Shown here piece by piece: positions 48,588 through 57,050 of a stretch of 64,000 bases of DNA. The notes under the pieces are model-generated. The model did no database searches. It was not told the origin of the DNA and saw only the letters and a list, made by a program, of their open reading frames with translations. This stretch comes from Candidatus Thorarchaeota archaeon (GTDB lineage Archaea; Asgardarchaeota; Thorarchaeia; Thorarchaeales; Thorarchaeaceae): positions 22,637-86,636 of the forward strand of contig SDNP01000010.1 in NCBI GenBank assembly GCA_004524445.1. Direction: 5' to 3'. Position 1 is the first letter of the stretch; every line of letters begins with the position of its first letter. A program made the translations under genes and the position numbers.

Positions 48588-49478
48588 CTAGGTGTACTCT
48601 GAGGACCATTTTGGTTTCAACGAGTAGTAAATTTCTTCACCGGGATAACCAATAGCCGTTGGCATATGTTTTGTATCAAAATTAACTGCTATGTTTCCCT
48701 CGCCATCAGCAAGAATAAGCCCCACTTCACCGCTCGTGCGTTCTCTCATCACTTTCATGACAAGCCGGACAGCTTCTTCAACCGACCTGCCCTCTTCTAT
48801 GTGATTTACTGCAATCCGTGCCATAGAAATCCTCAAGATTTGCTCCCCTTTACCTGTGCATGTTGCCCCCGCAACTTCGTTCGCATACACTCCGGCACCA
48901 ACCACTGGTGAATCACCAACACGACCAACCAATTTGCCAGGCCAGCCACTCGTTGAAGAAGCAGATACAATGCGATGCTGCTTGTCGACAATCACACATC
49001 CCACAGTGTCACAGCCGGACGATATAGCTGGTAATGATGTATCTCGAGGTTCTGGTTCACGTCTATATCCGGATTTTATCATTTCATTATAGAGTAGATC
49101 TGCACCTCTTCCTGCCACCTGATAGGCTGGGGTTCGCTCTAAAACATACCTCGCCAGTGAGATAGGATGTATAATATCTCTCACTGCCATGACAGCACCG
49201 CTTTCCAGACGTTTTCCGTCCATTATCAGTGCGTCAACTTCAATTCCCTCTTCAGCATTCTTACAAGCTCCACGACCAGCTGTAAAGAGACGTGTATCTT
49301 CTAGAACGTGAATAGTAGCCTCAGCAGCATCAAGGGGAGATCCACCTCTATCAAGAACACACAAACCGGTTTTTGCCGCCTTCTTCACAGCCTTTTCAAT
49401 GTCTGAATGATGTTCATCTTTGAATGAGGTTGCACCACCGTGTGCAGCGACAACTGGCAAAGGCATTGTTGAATCCAT
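48588..49478 (-). CDS. Isoaspartyl peptidase/L-asparaginase (Ntn hydrolase)
   Basis: HGGA, DTVG (catalytic Thr), STSG..GRVGDSP, TGKGE. Confidence 0.92.
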   Translation of the reverse strand: MDSTMPLPVVAAHGGATSFKDEHHSDIEKAVKKAAKTGLCVLDRGGSPLDAAEATIHVLEDTRLFTAGRGACKNAEEGIEVDALIMDGKRLESGAVMAVRDIIHPISLARYVLERTPAYQVAGRGADLLYNEMIKSGYRREPEPRDTSLPAISSGCDTVGCVIVDKQHRIVSASSTSGWPGKLVGRVGDSPVVGAGVYANEVAGATCTGKGEQILRISMARIAVNHIEEGRSVEEAVRLVMKVMRERTSGEVGLILADGEGNIAVNFDTKHMPTAIGYPGEEIYYSLKPKWSSEYT

Positions 49479-49539
49479 TGTCCCTGATGAATAACTGAGA
49501 GAAAAGACTTCCGAACCTCTCTGGAAGATACCAAGAATG

Positions 49540-50433
49540 CTACAGACCCAATCTGTGTAGTTCTTCTTCGAACAAACTGAGTTTTTCCTCTAATCGAGTA
49601 CGACGCTTAGCAAACTCTGACATCTCCACTTGTCCCTGCTTTGCTCTAGTATCCAGTTTCGATATTTCTTCCTTAAGCTCACTTATCCGCTCTTGAACAA
49701 TCTCAACTCGAGACACGGCAGTTACATCTTTGTCTGCAGAGGGGGTTTGAACTGAACGGATTCTGCCGTCTTGAATGCGATAAATACGGTCAGCCTGTCG
49801 TGCTATTGAAGAGTCGTGTGTCACCATGATTACGGTTTTTCCGTACTCCTTGTTTATCGCGTGCAGAAATTCAACTATTTGCGCTCCCGTTTCTGAATCC
49901 AAATCGCCTGTTGGCTCATCAGCAAGCAAAACTTCTGGGTTGTTGGCCATAGCAGCTGCAATTGCAACCCTTTGTCTTTGACCACCGGATAGCTCATCCG
50001 GTTTGTGTTTCATTCTATCTTCCAGGCCGACTATAGTGAGAAGCTCTTCAACACGTTCCTTTCTTTTGCTGGAAGGAACCTTTGCTGCGAGCATTGGTAA
50101 CTCAACATTCTCATAGGCGGTCAAAGTAGGAATGAGATTTAGTTCCTGGAAGATATGACCCACAACATCTCTACGGAGTCGCCCCAATTCGGCAGGTGTT
50201 GCGTTTGTGACGTCTCGCCCTGCAATCCGAGTCATTCCGGCAGTCGCACGCATAATTCCTCCAAAGATGTTCAACATGGTGGTTTTTCCAGATCCACTTG
50301 GCCCTACTATGGCAACCATCTCACCCTTCTCAACAGACATGGAAAGCCCCCTCAAAGCTTGGACTTCTACATTACCAAGTTTGAATACCTTTACGAGGTC
50401 AACAGCTTGAACATATTCACTCATCTTCATCAC
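49540..50433 (-). CDS. ABC ATP-binding protein, LolD/MacB type, with C-terminal coiled coil
   Basis: GPSGSGKTT, LSGGQRQR, ADEPTG, VTHD. Confidence 0.93.
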   Translation of the reverse strand: MMKMSEYVQAVDLVKVFKLGNVEVQALRGLSMSVEKGEMVAIVGPSGSGKTTMLNIFGGIMRATAGMTRIAGRDVTNATPAELGRLRRDVVGHIFQELNLIPTLTAYENVELPMLAAKVPSSKRKERVEELLTIVGLEDRMKHKPDELSGGQRQRVAIAAAMANNPEVLLADEPTGDLDSETGAQIVEFLHAINKEYGKTVIMVTHDSSIARQADRIYRIQDGRIRSVQTPSADKDVTAVSRVEIVQERISELKEEISKLDTRAKQGQVEMSEFAKRRTRLEEKLSLFEEELHRLGL

Positions 50434-53211
50434 CTATTTTCTTAACACATCCACGTTATTCTCCGGTTTTCGGGATGCCCACCAAACAGGAATTGAAGCA
50501 GCAATCAGTACTACCCCAACTATTGTGAGCATTGTTATTCCTGAAATGCCTCCAAGTACAAAACGCGATAGGATCAGGTCTGTGGCGTTTTGATTCAGTA
50601 AGCTAATGTTTCCAAATATCTGCACAAATCCAACGAACAGCCCAAGTAACAACGAGAAGACAACCATCACCAACATTTCCGCAAGAAGTGTTTTGAAAAG
50701 CTGCCATCGACTGAAACCTCGAACTGATATGAGAGCTATTTCAACTTCCTTTTCCTTCAGTGTTAGAAGAATCACAAGAGCTGTTCCTACTAGCGCGAGT
50801 ATCACAGCAAAGGTTACAGCAACCCATCTAATCTGAGTGATACCACTCTCAATTGGTCGCTCATAATAATCGGCAACTTGAGAAGTATAGGAATAGCTGG
50901 AAAATGCTCCCGGGAAGTCATGAATCAACTCTTCTTGTATGGCTGTTCCGTTTGCACCATCCACCGCGTCGATCAATATGTTACCGGTTGCATCAGGCAG
51001 GATTGCCGAATCATTTAGGAAATCTGTTGAAATAAATGATGGATAGTTTCCTTCAGCAGTGAACCCTGCTTGTTCAACTAAATCTTCCAGAATCGATTGA
51101 AATCCAATCAGGCCAACAATCGTCAGCAGGTGAGGGTCGCCTCCAGATGAACCTCGAACGAAAATACCATCGCCAATATCCAGTGCCAAGTCCTCTGCAA
51201 TGGTAACCGAGAGTATGATTCCATCATCATCAAGAGATTCGAACATTTCATCGAAATCTCCGATAAACCATGAGGGCTCCCAGAAAGCCACATTCAACCA
51301 TTCATCTGGCGTGATACCTCTTGTTTCAACTGAGGTTGTTCCCGCATTTAGAGTCATTCTATATTCTGCAGTGACGGCATTAATTCCTGAGTAATTTGAT
51401 AGACCAGCCATAATTGCTTCGATGTCATTGGAATCCTCCAATTGTAATCTTACATCAGCGCCTACATCGTAATATGCATCCCTCTCAACTCGATCATACT
51501 CTGAGTATAGACTGCCAACCGTGAAAATACCATATGACACAATAAGAGAAAGCAAGAATACCATGGCAGCATTTCTTGCTGGATTTCTCTTCACGTTTCT
51601 AGTAGCTAGCTTCCCGAAGGCACCAAAGAATCGCTTCCCTGCCTCAACTACGACTTCTTGGAAACGTTGAGACCCGCGCATGAATACCTTTGTTGCTCCA
51701 AATAGAAACATCAGTGGGCCGAGAAAGTTGAGAACACTATCAATTCCCACCCAAGCGACAATGAGGATGGAGAGAAGAATATTTCCGGGATTCAAGCTTG
51801 TCAAGAGGGGAGCAATATTGATTCCGAGAATCCAAACAATCAGCTTGTAACCGCCAAGCACCAATGAGATTGTTGGAAGTAGTTTCTTGTACTCAGAAGT
51901 TTCTTCTATATACACATACTGCTTTAGAGCGTCTACAATCTCCAGCTTGGATGCTCTATTTGCAGGTCGCCAAACTGCGATGAGAGCAAGAACCATCCCC
52001 GTGATTATTGAGATAATGATGGAGGTCACATTGTTACCCACCACGGTCAGGAAACCAAGTCCTTCAATCCCGAGGACATACCAAGCTACTGCCGTACCAA
52101 GGAAAATTGATGCGGCCCCTGCAAGAGCTCCAACCAAGATTCCCTCAAACAGAAACATATTCCGAATTGTGCCACGTTTGTAGCCCTTTGTCAATAATAG
52201 ACCTATCTCTCGTCTCCGAAGATTGTAGCTGACTTCGCTAGTCATAGTCCCAGTGAAGTAAGCCATAAAGAAGATTGGAAGGGACAGAGAAATGAATACC
52301 ACGTTCATCAGTGCGGCTATGATTGTGTATGCCAGTAGAGGTGTTTGAAGATTGGACCTAACGGTGACATCAAAGCGATCCAAACGTTGACTAAGTCTTT
52401 GATTGATTTGACTGACACGATCAGTAGAGGTTGGAATATCATATGGGTCAATCAAGGCAGCTCTGTCTACTTTCATGTGAATACTATTAAGAACGCTCAA
52501 TCCAGCTCTATTCTCAAATTCCTTCGCTGCATCGAGTAATGGACTTATCGTGAGAGCCCAATCGACAAGCATCATGTTGTACGGTTGATCGAAGGAAACA
52601 CCAAATGGCCCTAGTAGGATCCCCGCAAATTGATTCTGTTGCATCGCATATCTACGGGATTCAGGCAAGTCCACAATTCCAGCGACGGTCAAATTCCAGT
52701 AGAGGGTCAGAGGCACTGGTTGGTCTTCGATTAGCACTCTAATCGGAACAGAAACCTCTTGACCAAGTAGGAAAGATGATTCATTAGTTGACCCTGCTAC
52801 CACATAGGTTTCATTATGCCCCAGGGTTTCATTGCCTGAAACGATTTGAATACCGGAGGTCATATCGGAGCCCCATTCAAGGCCGAAGATGTCGAATTCA
52901 GTATCTGTGTTATCATGGTCGTACCGAAAGGCAGTCGTTCTGGAATAGGCGATTACTTCACTGATTTGCTGTAATTCATTTTCAACTGAGGCGAAGTCAT
53001 CAGCGGTCCAATTAGACTGTACTGAATTTGCAGTGAAATCATAAATGACACCCTCCAAAGTAGTATCCAAGGCATCTCGAGCAAGGATGTCTGCAGCTAC
53101 ATTTGTGCTCGCAAAAAAGGTGGTCGCCACCAAAACTCCGATGGTCAAGGCGAGGAACAGCTTGTAGCTACGTGCAACCCGTTTGAGGGCGTACTTCAAC
53201 ATGATAGCCAA
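50434..53211 (-). CDS. FtsX/MacB-like ABC permease (duplicated)
   Basis: RRREIGLLLTKG and EIALISVRG motifs; two large extracellular domains. Confidence 0.9.
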   Translation of the reverse strand: MAIMLKYALKRVARSYKLFLALTIGVLVATTFFASTNVAADILARDALDTTLEGVIYDFTANSVQSNWTADDFASVENELQQISEVIAYSRTTAFRYDHDNTDTEFDIFGLEWGSDMTSGIQIVSGNETLGHNETYVVAGSTNESSFLLGQEVSVPIRVLIEDQPVPLTLYWNLTVAGIVDLPESRRYAMQQNQFAGILLGPFGVSFDQPYNMMLVDWALTISPLLDAAKEFENRAGLSVLNSIHMKVDRAALIDPYDIPTSTDRVSQINQRLSQRLDRFDVTVRSNLQTPLLAYTIIAALMNVVFISLSLPIFFMAYFTGTMTSEVSYNLRRREIGLLLTKGYKRGTIRNMFLFEGILVGALAGAASIFLGTAVAWYVLGIEGLGFLTVVGNNVTSIIISIITGMVLALIAVWRPANRASKLEIVDALKQYVYIEETSEYKKLLPTISLVLGGYKLIVWILGINIAPLLTSLNPGNILLSILIVAWVGIDSVLNFLGPLMFLFGATKVFMRGSQRFQEVVVEAGKRFFGAFGKLATRNVKRNPARNAAMVFLLSLIVSYGIFTVGSLYSEYDRVERDAYYDVGADVRLQLEDSNDIEAIMAGLSNYSGINAVTAEYRMTLNAGTTSVETRGITPDEWLNVAFWEPSWFIGDFDEMFESLDDDGIILSVTIAEDLALDIGDGIFVRGSSGGDPHLLTIVGLIGFQSILEDLVEQAGFTAEGNYPSFISTDFLNDSAILPDATGNILIDAVDGANGTAIQEELIHDFPGAFSSYSYTSQVADYYERPIESGITQIRWVAVTFAVILALVGTALVILLTLKEKEVEIALISVRGFSRWQLFKTLLAEMLVMVVFSLLLGLFVGFVQIFGNISLLNQNATDLILSRFVLGGISGITMLTIVGVVLIAASIPVWWASRKPENNVDVLRK

Positions 53212-53293
53212 GACTCCTCTTTGGAAGGATAGGGAGTGATAGATATAAAGCGAATGAACAAATCATTCATTCAGCTCGCATCACAAGTTAATG

Positions 53294-53887
53294 TCATGAA
53301 TACATCGATTTAGTCGAATCCATGTCGTCGACGGTTGCTCGTTTTTTCTTTTCTTTTATTCTATAAGAGAATATGGCGAGAGCAACCAATACTATCATGC
53401 TCGAGCCAACAACAATAGGAAGAGTAACTTCAGGATTTATTGTTGTATTAGTAGTGATCACAAGGTCAAATTCCCGAGTGTAGCTCTCCGCACGGTTTTC
53501 TGCGTTATCAAATGCTACAATAGATATCTCGTAAGTGTGATTCAATTCGAGCCCAGGAATTGCGCTTGAAAAATGTGTTCCGTTAAACTCCAACAATGGA
53601 TTTGAGTATGGACTGCCATCCTGGAGAATCTCTGCAGAAACATTCAGTACCCCAGAGTCCGCGTCAGACACAATGGCCCAAACAGTGAATTGCTCACCAC
53701 TTCGAATCGGTCCCTCTATGCCCCATGCATCTATACTGGGGCGAAGTGTATCCTGTGCTAGGTTATTGTGATCGTGCGATGATGCATGAGTCACAGGGGG
53801 AGTCATCATAGAAAATGAAGATACTGCCAGAATGCAGACAATAAAGAACAGCATCATTTTGGTTTTGGACTTCCCGAAGAGCCTCAT
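53294..53887 (-). CDS. Secreted Ig-like, membrane-anchored hypothetical protein
   Basis: Signal peptide, VSDADSGV..YEISIVAFDNAEN, C-terminal TM plus KEKKKR. Confidence 0.72.
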   Translation of the reverse strand: MRLFGKSKTKMMLFFIVCILAVSSFSMMTPPVTHASSHDHNNLAQDTLRPSIDAWGIEGPIRSGEQFTVWAIVSDADSGVLNVSAEILQDGSPYSNPLLEFNGTHFSSAIPGLELNHTYEISIVAFDNAENRAESYTREFDLVITTNTTINPEVTLPIVVGSSMIVLVALAIFSYRIKEKKKRATVDDMDSTKSMYS

Positions 53888-54111
53888 GACAATCGTTTCT
53901 GTTATCCCATCTAGATATATTATATGCTCTGTCGACGCAGTATTCATTCTCAACCATGTGACAGGCCTTGTAGATTGATGCTCTCTCTCACGACTAACAT
54001 CCAGATTGGTGAATGCCAAAAAGCTATGTTTGCGCTGTTCTAGGATTAGAATAAATACATTTCATATGTCAGTATTGGGCGAGGGGAATGTGGAGGAGGT
54101 GTGATGATGCA

Positions 54112-54504
54112 ATGGTGGTCTCAGAGAAATTCGTGCTGCCTCTGGCTCAATTGACTAAATTCATCTGTTGGATAGTAACATTCTACATTCTGGATATGCG
54201 CATAAGGATGAGCGAAGCCGTGTATTTCGCAGCCACGCCATTCCTCTATTTTATTATCGCAGTGGCTGAGCTAGGTGTTGGACTTGCCGCCCTCTTTCCC
54301 AGAGAAGAATCCTGGAACTGGACTCTAATTGTTGTGATTTTCTCCATTGTGCTTGGATTGGCTCCTTTACTTCAATTGTTGGGCGGCTCTTTGCCTGATG
54401 AACAAGTAAGCATATTGGGATTAATAGCGGAACTTATATCATTGACTGAGATTTTTGTGTTGAGGGACAAGAGGATAATAAAGAGATATAACGTCAGATT
54501 TTGA
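54112..54504 (+). CDS. Small 4-TM membrane protein, paralog 1
   Basis: MVVSEKFVLPLAQ..EIFVLRDKRI; GGAGGAGG SD. Confidence 0.75.
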   Translation: MVVSEKFVLPLAQLTKFICWIVTFYILDMRIRMSEAVYFAATPFLYFIIAVAELGVGLAALFPREESWNWTLIVVIFSIVLGLAPLLQLLGGSLPDEQVSILGLIAELISLTEIFVLRDKRIIKRYNVRF

Positions 54505-54532
54505 AAGAATGAGGCAAGGGGGTAAATTACAC

Positions 54533-54925
54533 ATGCTGGTTTCAGAGAGGTTCCTACTACCTCTCACACAGTTCGCCAAAGTACCATATTGGCTGTTGGT
54601 ATATTCCTTGGTTATGTTATCACCGAGCGAAACGTTTTGGTCCTTTCTTGACCTCTACGCAGGCATCTTCATTTTTGCTGCAGCAGCAGAATTCATTGCT
54701 GGCGTTGCGGGTTTATTTGCGAAAAGCGCTTCTGTGAAATACGTGTTTGTCATTTTGATATGGACTTTCGCCCTTGGAATACCAGTAATTGCACAGCTGT
54801 CTACTGTAAGTCTCCATCAAGAGCCGAGAATCCTATTCACAGTATTGATTGAGATTATAACCGCTGTAGAGTTTCTATTTTTGAGAGACGAAAGAGTTAG
54901 GAACTATTACAGCCAACATGAGTGA
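54533..54925 (+). CDS. Small 4-TM membrane protein, paralog 2
   Basis: MLVSERFLLPLTQ..EFLFLRDERV. Confidence 0.75.
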   Translation: MLVSERFLLPLTQFAKVPYWLLVYSLVMLSPSETFWSFLDLYAGIFIFAAAAEFIAGVAGLFAKSASVKYVFVILIWTFALGIPVIAQLSTVSLHQEPRILFTVLIEIITAVEFLFLRDERVRNYYSQHE

Positions 54926-54993
54926 AGGACAGGATTGTCTCGAACCAAATCACTGATTCTGATAGAAAACAACTTGGCTTGTAAGTAGAAGGT

Positions 54994-55146
54994 GGGCGCA
55001 GAACCTAGCTGACGACATGTCGCTTACGCGCCACCACCATTGTATTTGCACGACAAGTCCCATGCTGCCTATTTTGAGGCAGATGCAAGACTCCGGCCGC
55101 ACGCCAAAGCCGCGAGTCGGTCAGCATTATCGGTGTCTCTGCGCCC
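54994..55146. ncRNA. Candidate structured ncRNA (closed four-way junction), family unknown
   Basis: GC-rich intergenic island with five nested, mutually compatible helices (see finding). Confidence 0.55.
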
Positions 55147-55296
55147 CTATTTCATATAACCAACGGTTGATTTGTTGTTAATCCTTTCGGTCTTTGAAAC
55201 GAAACCGTCTGGATGAGCAACCTACCACCGGTGGCACATAATATAGGAGCTATTAGCATATATTAATATTGCTCTTGAGGGGTTGTGTGATTTGCA

Positions 55297-55776
55297 CTAG
55301 CAGATTTTGCCTGCTTTTTCCATCTCATTCAATTTGCGAAGTATAAATTCAAGGAAGATATCGCAAGTGTCCACCCATTTCTTCTCCATCAAATAAGTGG
55401 CAAGTTGTTCTCCGTCACTGAAATCGACTTTGCTGATTGTCTTGCACTGTGTACTACCAAATTCTTGCTTGAAGGAACTGAAGAGCTCACCTACCGCTTC
55501 GATGGCATTGCCACGAACAGTGGTATTCTTGTCCGGTGTAGATTGCCGGCCCTCACCGCATTTGAAACCAATAGCTGCAGTTGATCCGATTAGCAGTCCG
55601 CAGGTTGTTTCTCCTGACATGACTGCGCCAAGGTACCCCGCCATGGCCCAAGTCAACTCAGGATTATCTATCCCCCAGTGTTGCAGGAGAGTCTGGAGTG
55701 CAGCCTCAGCACACGTGTACGTATGCATGTGATCCTTGGCGTCTGCGAGTTTGCTATCTATCTTCTCTGAAGACAT
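55297..55776 (-). CDS. C_GCAxxG_C_C family putative redox protein
   Basis: CAEA, TCGLLIG, FGSTQC, terminal C. Confidence 0.87.
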   Translation of the reverse strand: MSSEKIDSKLADAKDHMHTYTCAEAALQTLLQHWGIDNPELTWAMAGYLGAVMSGETTCGLLIGSTAAIGFKCGEGRQSTPDKNTTVRGNAIEAVGELFSSFKQEFGSTQCKTISKVDFSDGEQLATYLMEKKWVDTCDIFLEFILRKLNEMEKAGKIC

Positions 55777-55820
55777 GACAGATTAGAACTACTGCCTGCA
55801 ATATAAATTCCTGCTCGGAA

Positions 55821-56825
55821 TTAGAAGAATCTCATCTGATCTTCATGATAGACGTTTGGCGCATAAGTTCGAGGCCATTCAGGGCTATTATCCAGGACTT
55901 CCTCTATCTCTTGGATAGTATTCATGGACAAATCAATATCTGATGCCTTCACATTCTCCTTCACATGCTCAGGTTTGCTTGCTCCCACAATGGCTGCAGA
56001 AATCTCTTCGCGTCGAAGAATCCATGCCAATGCCAGCTGTGTCATCGTGATATCCATCGACTTCGCTATGTCATCTAACTTGTTCAACTTCTTACGCCAT
56101 TCATCTGTGAGGTACTTTAGAAATCCTTCATTTCTCTCGCCGCGGCTACCCTCTGGAATTCCATCGTTGTACTTGCCAGTAAGAATGCCTTGGTAGAGTG
56201 GACTCCAAACAGTGAAACCCATCCCAAGTCTCTGTGCTACAGGCATTATCTCCACCTCAATATGGCGGAAGAGCATGTTGTACATTGGTTGCTCGACAAT
56301 GGGTGCATGGGCGCCTAGCTCTCTTGTTATTGCATGAACCCGCTCAAGTTGAGCTGCCGTCCAGACCGACGTTCCCCAGTAACGAACACGACCGTTTCTA
56401 ATGAGATCATCTAGAGCCATTACGGTCTCTCTCAGAGGTGTCTTCGGGTCGAATCTATGCATGTAGTAGATATCGATATGGTCGGTTCCCAATCGTGACA
56501 ATGTTCCCTCTATGGCATTCATGATGTTCTTTCTACTCAGGCCCCAATCATTGATTTCGTCACTCATTGGCCAAAATACCTTGCTAGAGAGAACCAGGTT
56601 CCTTCTGTCAACGCTCTCCTCCTCGAGCCATTCTCCAATGACGCTCTCGGCCTCGCCCTTAGCATAGATTTCTGCAGAGTCGATAAAATTCACACCATTC
56701 TCAATGGCGGCCGTCATGCATTGCTTTGCTGTATTTTTCTCTACATAACCACCATATGTCAACCAAGATCCGAGGGAAATCTCACTTATCTTAAGGCCAC
56801 TATCGCCAACCTTTCTGTATCTCAT
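55821..56825 (-). CDS. Aldo/keto reductase (Kv-beta-like subfamily)
   Basis: GLKISEISLGSWLTYG, DSAEIY, SSK, MHRFD, WSPLYQG. Confidence 0.93.
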   Translation of the reverse strand: MRYRKVGDSGLKISEISLGSWLTYGGYVEKNTAKQCMTAAIENGVNFIDSAEIYAKGEAESVIGEWLEEESVDRRNLVLSSKVFWPMSDEINDWGLSRKNIMNAIEGTLSRLGTDHIDIYYMHRFDPKTPLRETVMALDDLIRNGRVRYWGTSVWTAAQLERVHAITRELGAHAPIVEQPMYNMLFRHIEVEIMPVAQRLGMGFTVWSPLYQGILTGKYNDGIPEGSRGERNEGFLKYLTDEWRKKLNKLDDIAKSMDITMTQLALAWILRREEISAAIVGASKPEHVKENVKASDIDLSMNTIQEIEEVLDNSPEWPRTYAPNVYHEDQMRFF

Positions 56826-56849
56826 TCTACACTCAACTCAATCAACTGG

Positions 56850-56862
56850 TAACTATAGTTAA
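56850..56862. promoter_or_regulatory. Putative operator, copy 3 (perfect palindrome TAACTATAGTTA)
   Basis: Lies between the ATTTAAAT box (56873-56880) and the AKR start. Confidence 0.35.
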
Positions 56863-57050
56863 TGGATTTGTGATTTAAATCCAATGGTAGCTTCGTACCA
56901 GCATTTGCTATGACCGGTCATAAGCGAATGACATAATACAAGGAATCAGTTGTTTGTTTCTGACCTATTATTCTTGTTTCCCCTTATTGTGCATTATCTG
57001 AAGAAAATTCCTGTTTTGTATCCTAGAAAAACAGATGAAGAGGAGGATAT

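Noticed and set aside
54994-55146. tRNA, tmRNA or hammerhead ribozyme
   Set aside because: No TTCRA T-loop or D-arm; CTGACGA is not followed by a stem plus GAAA core
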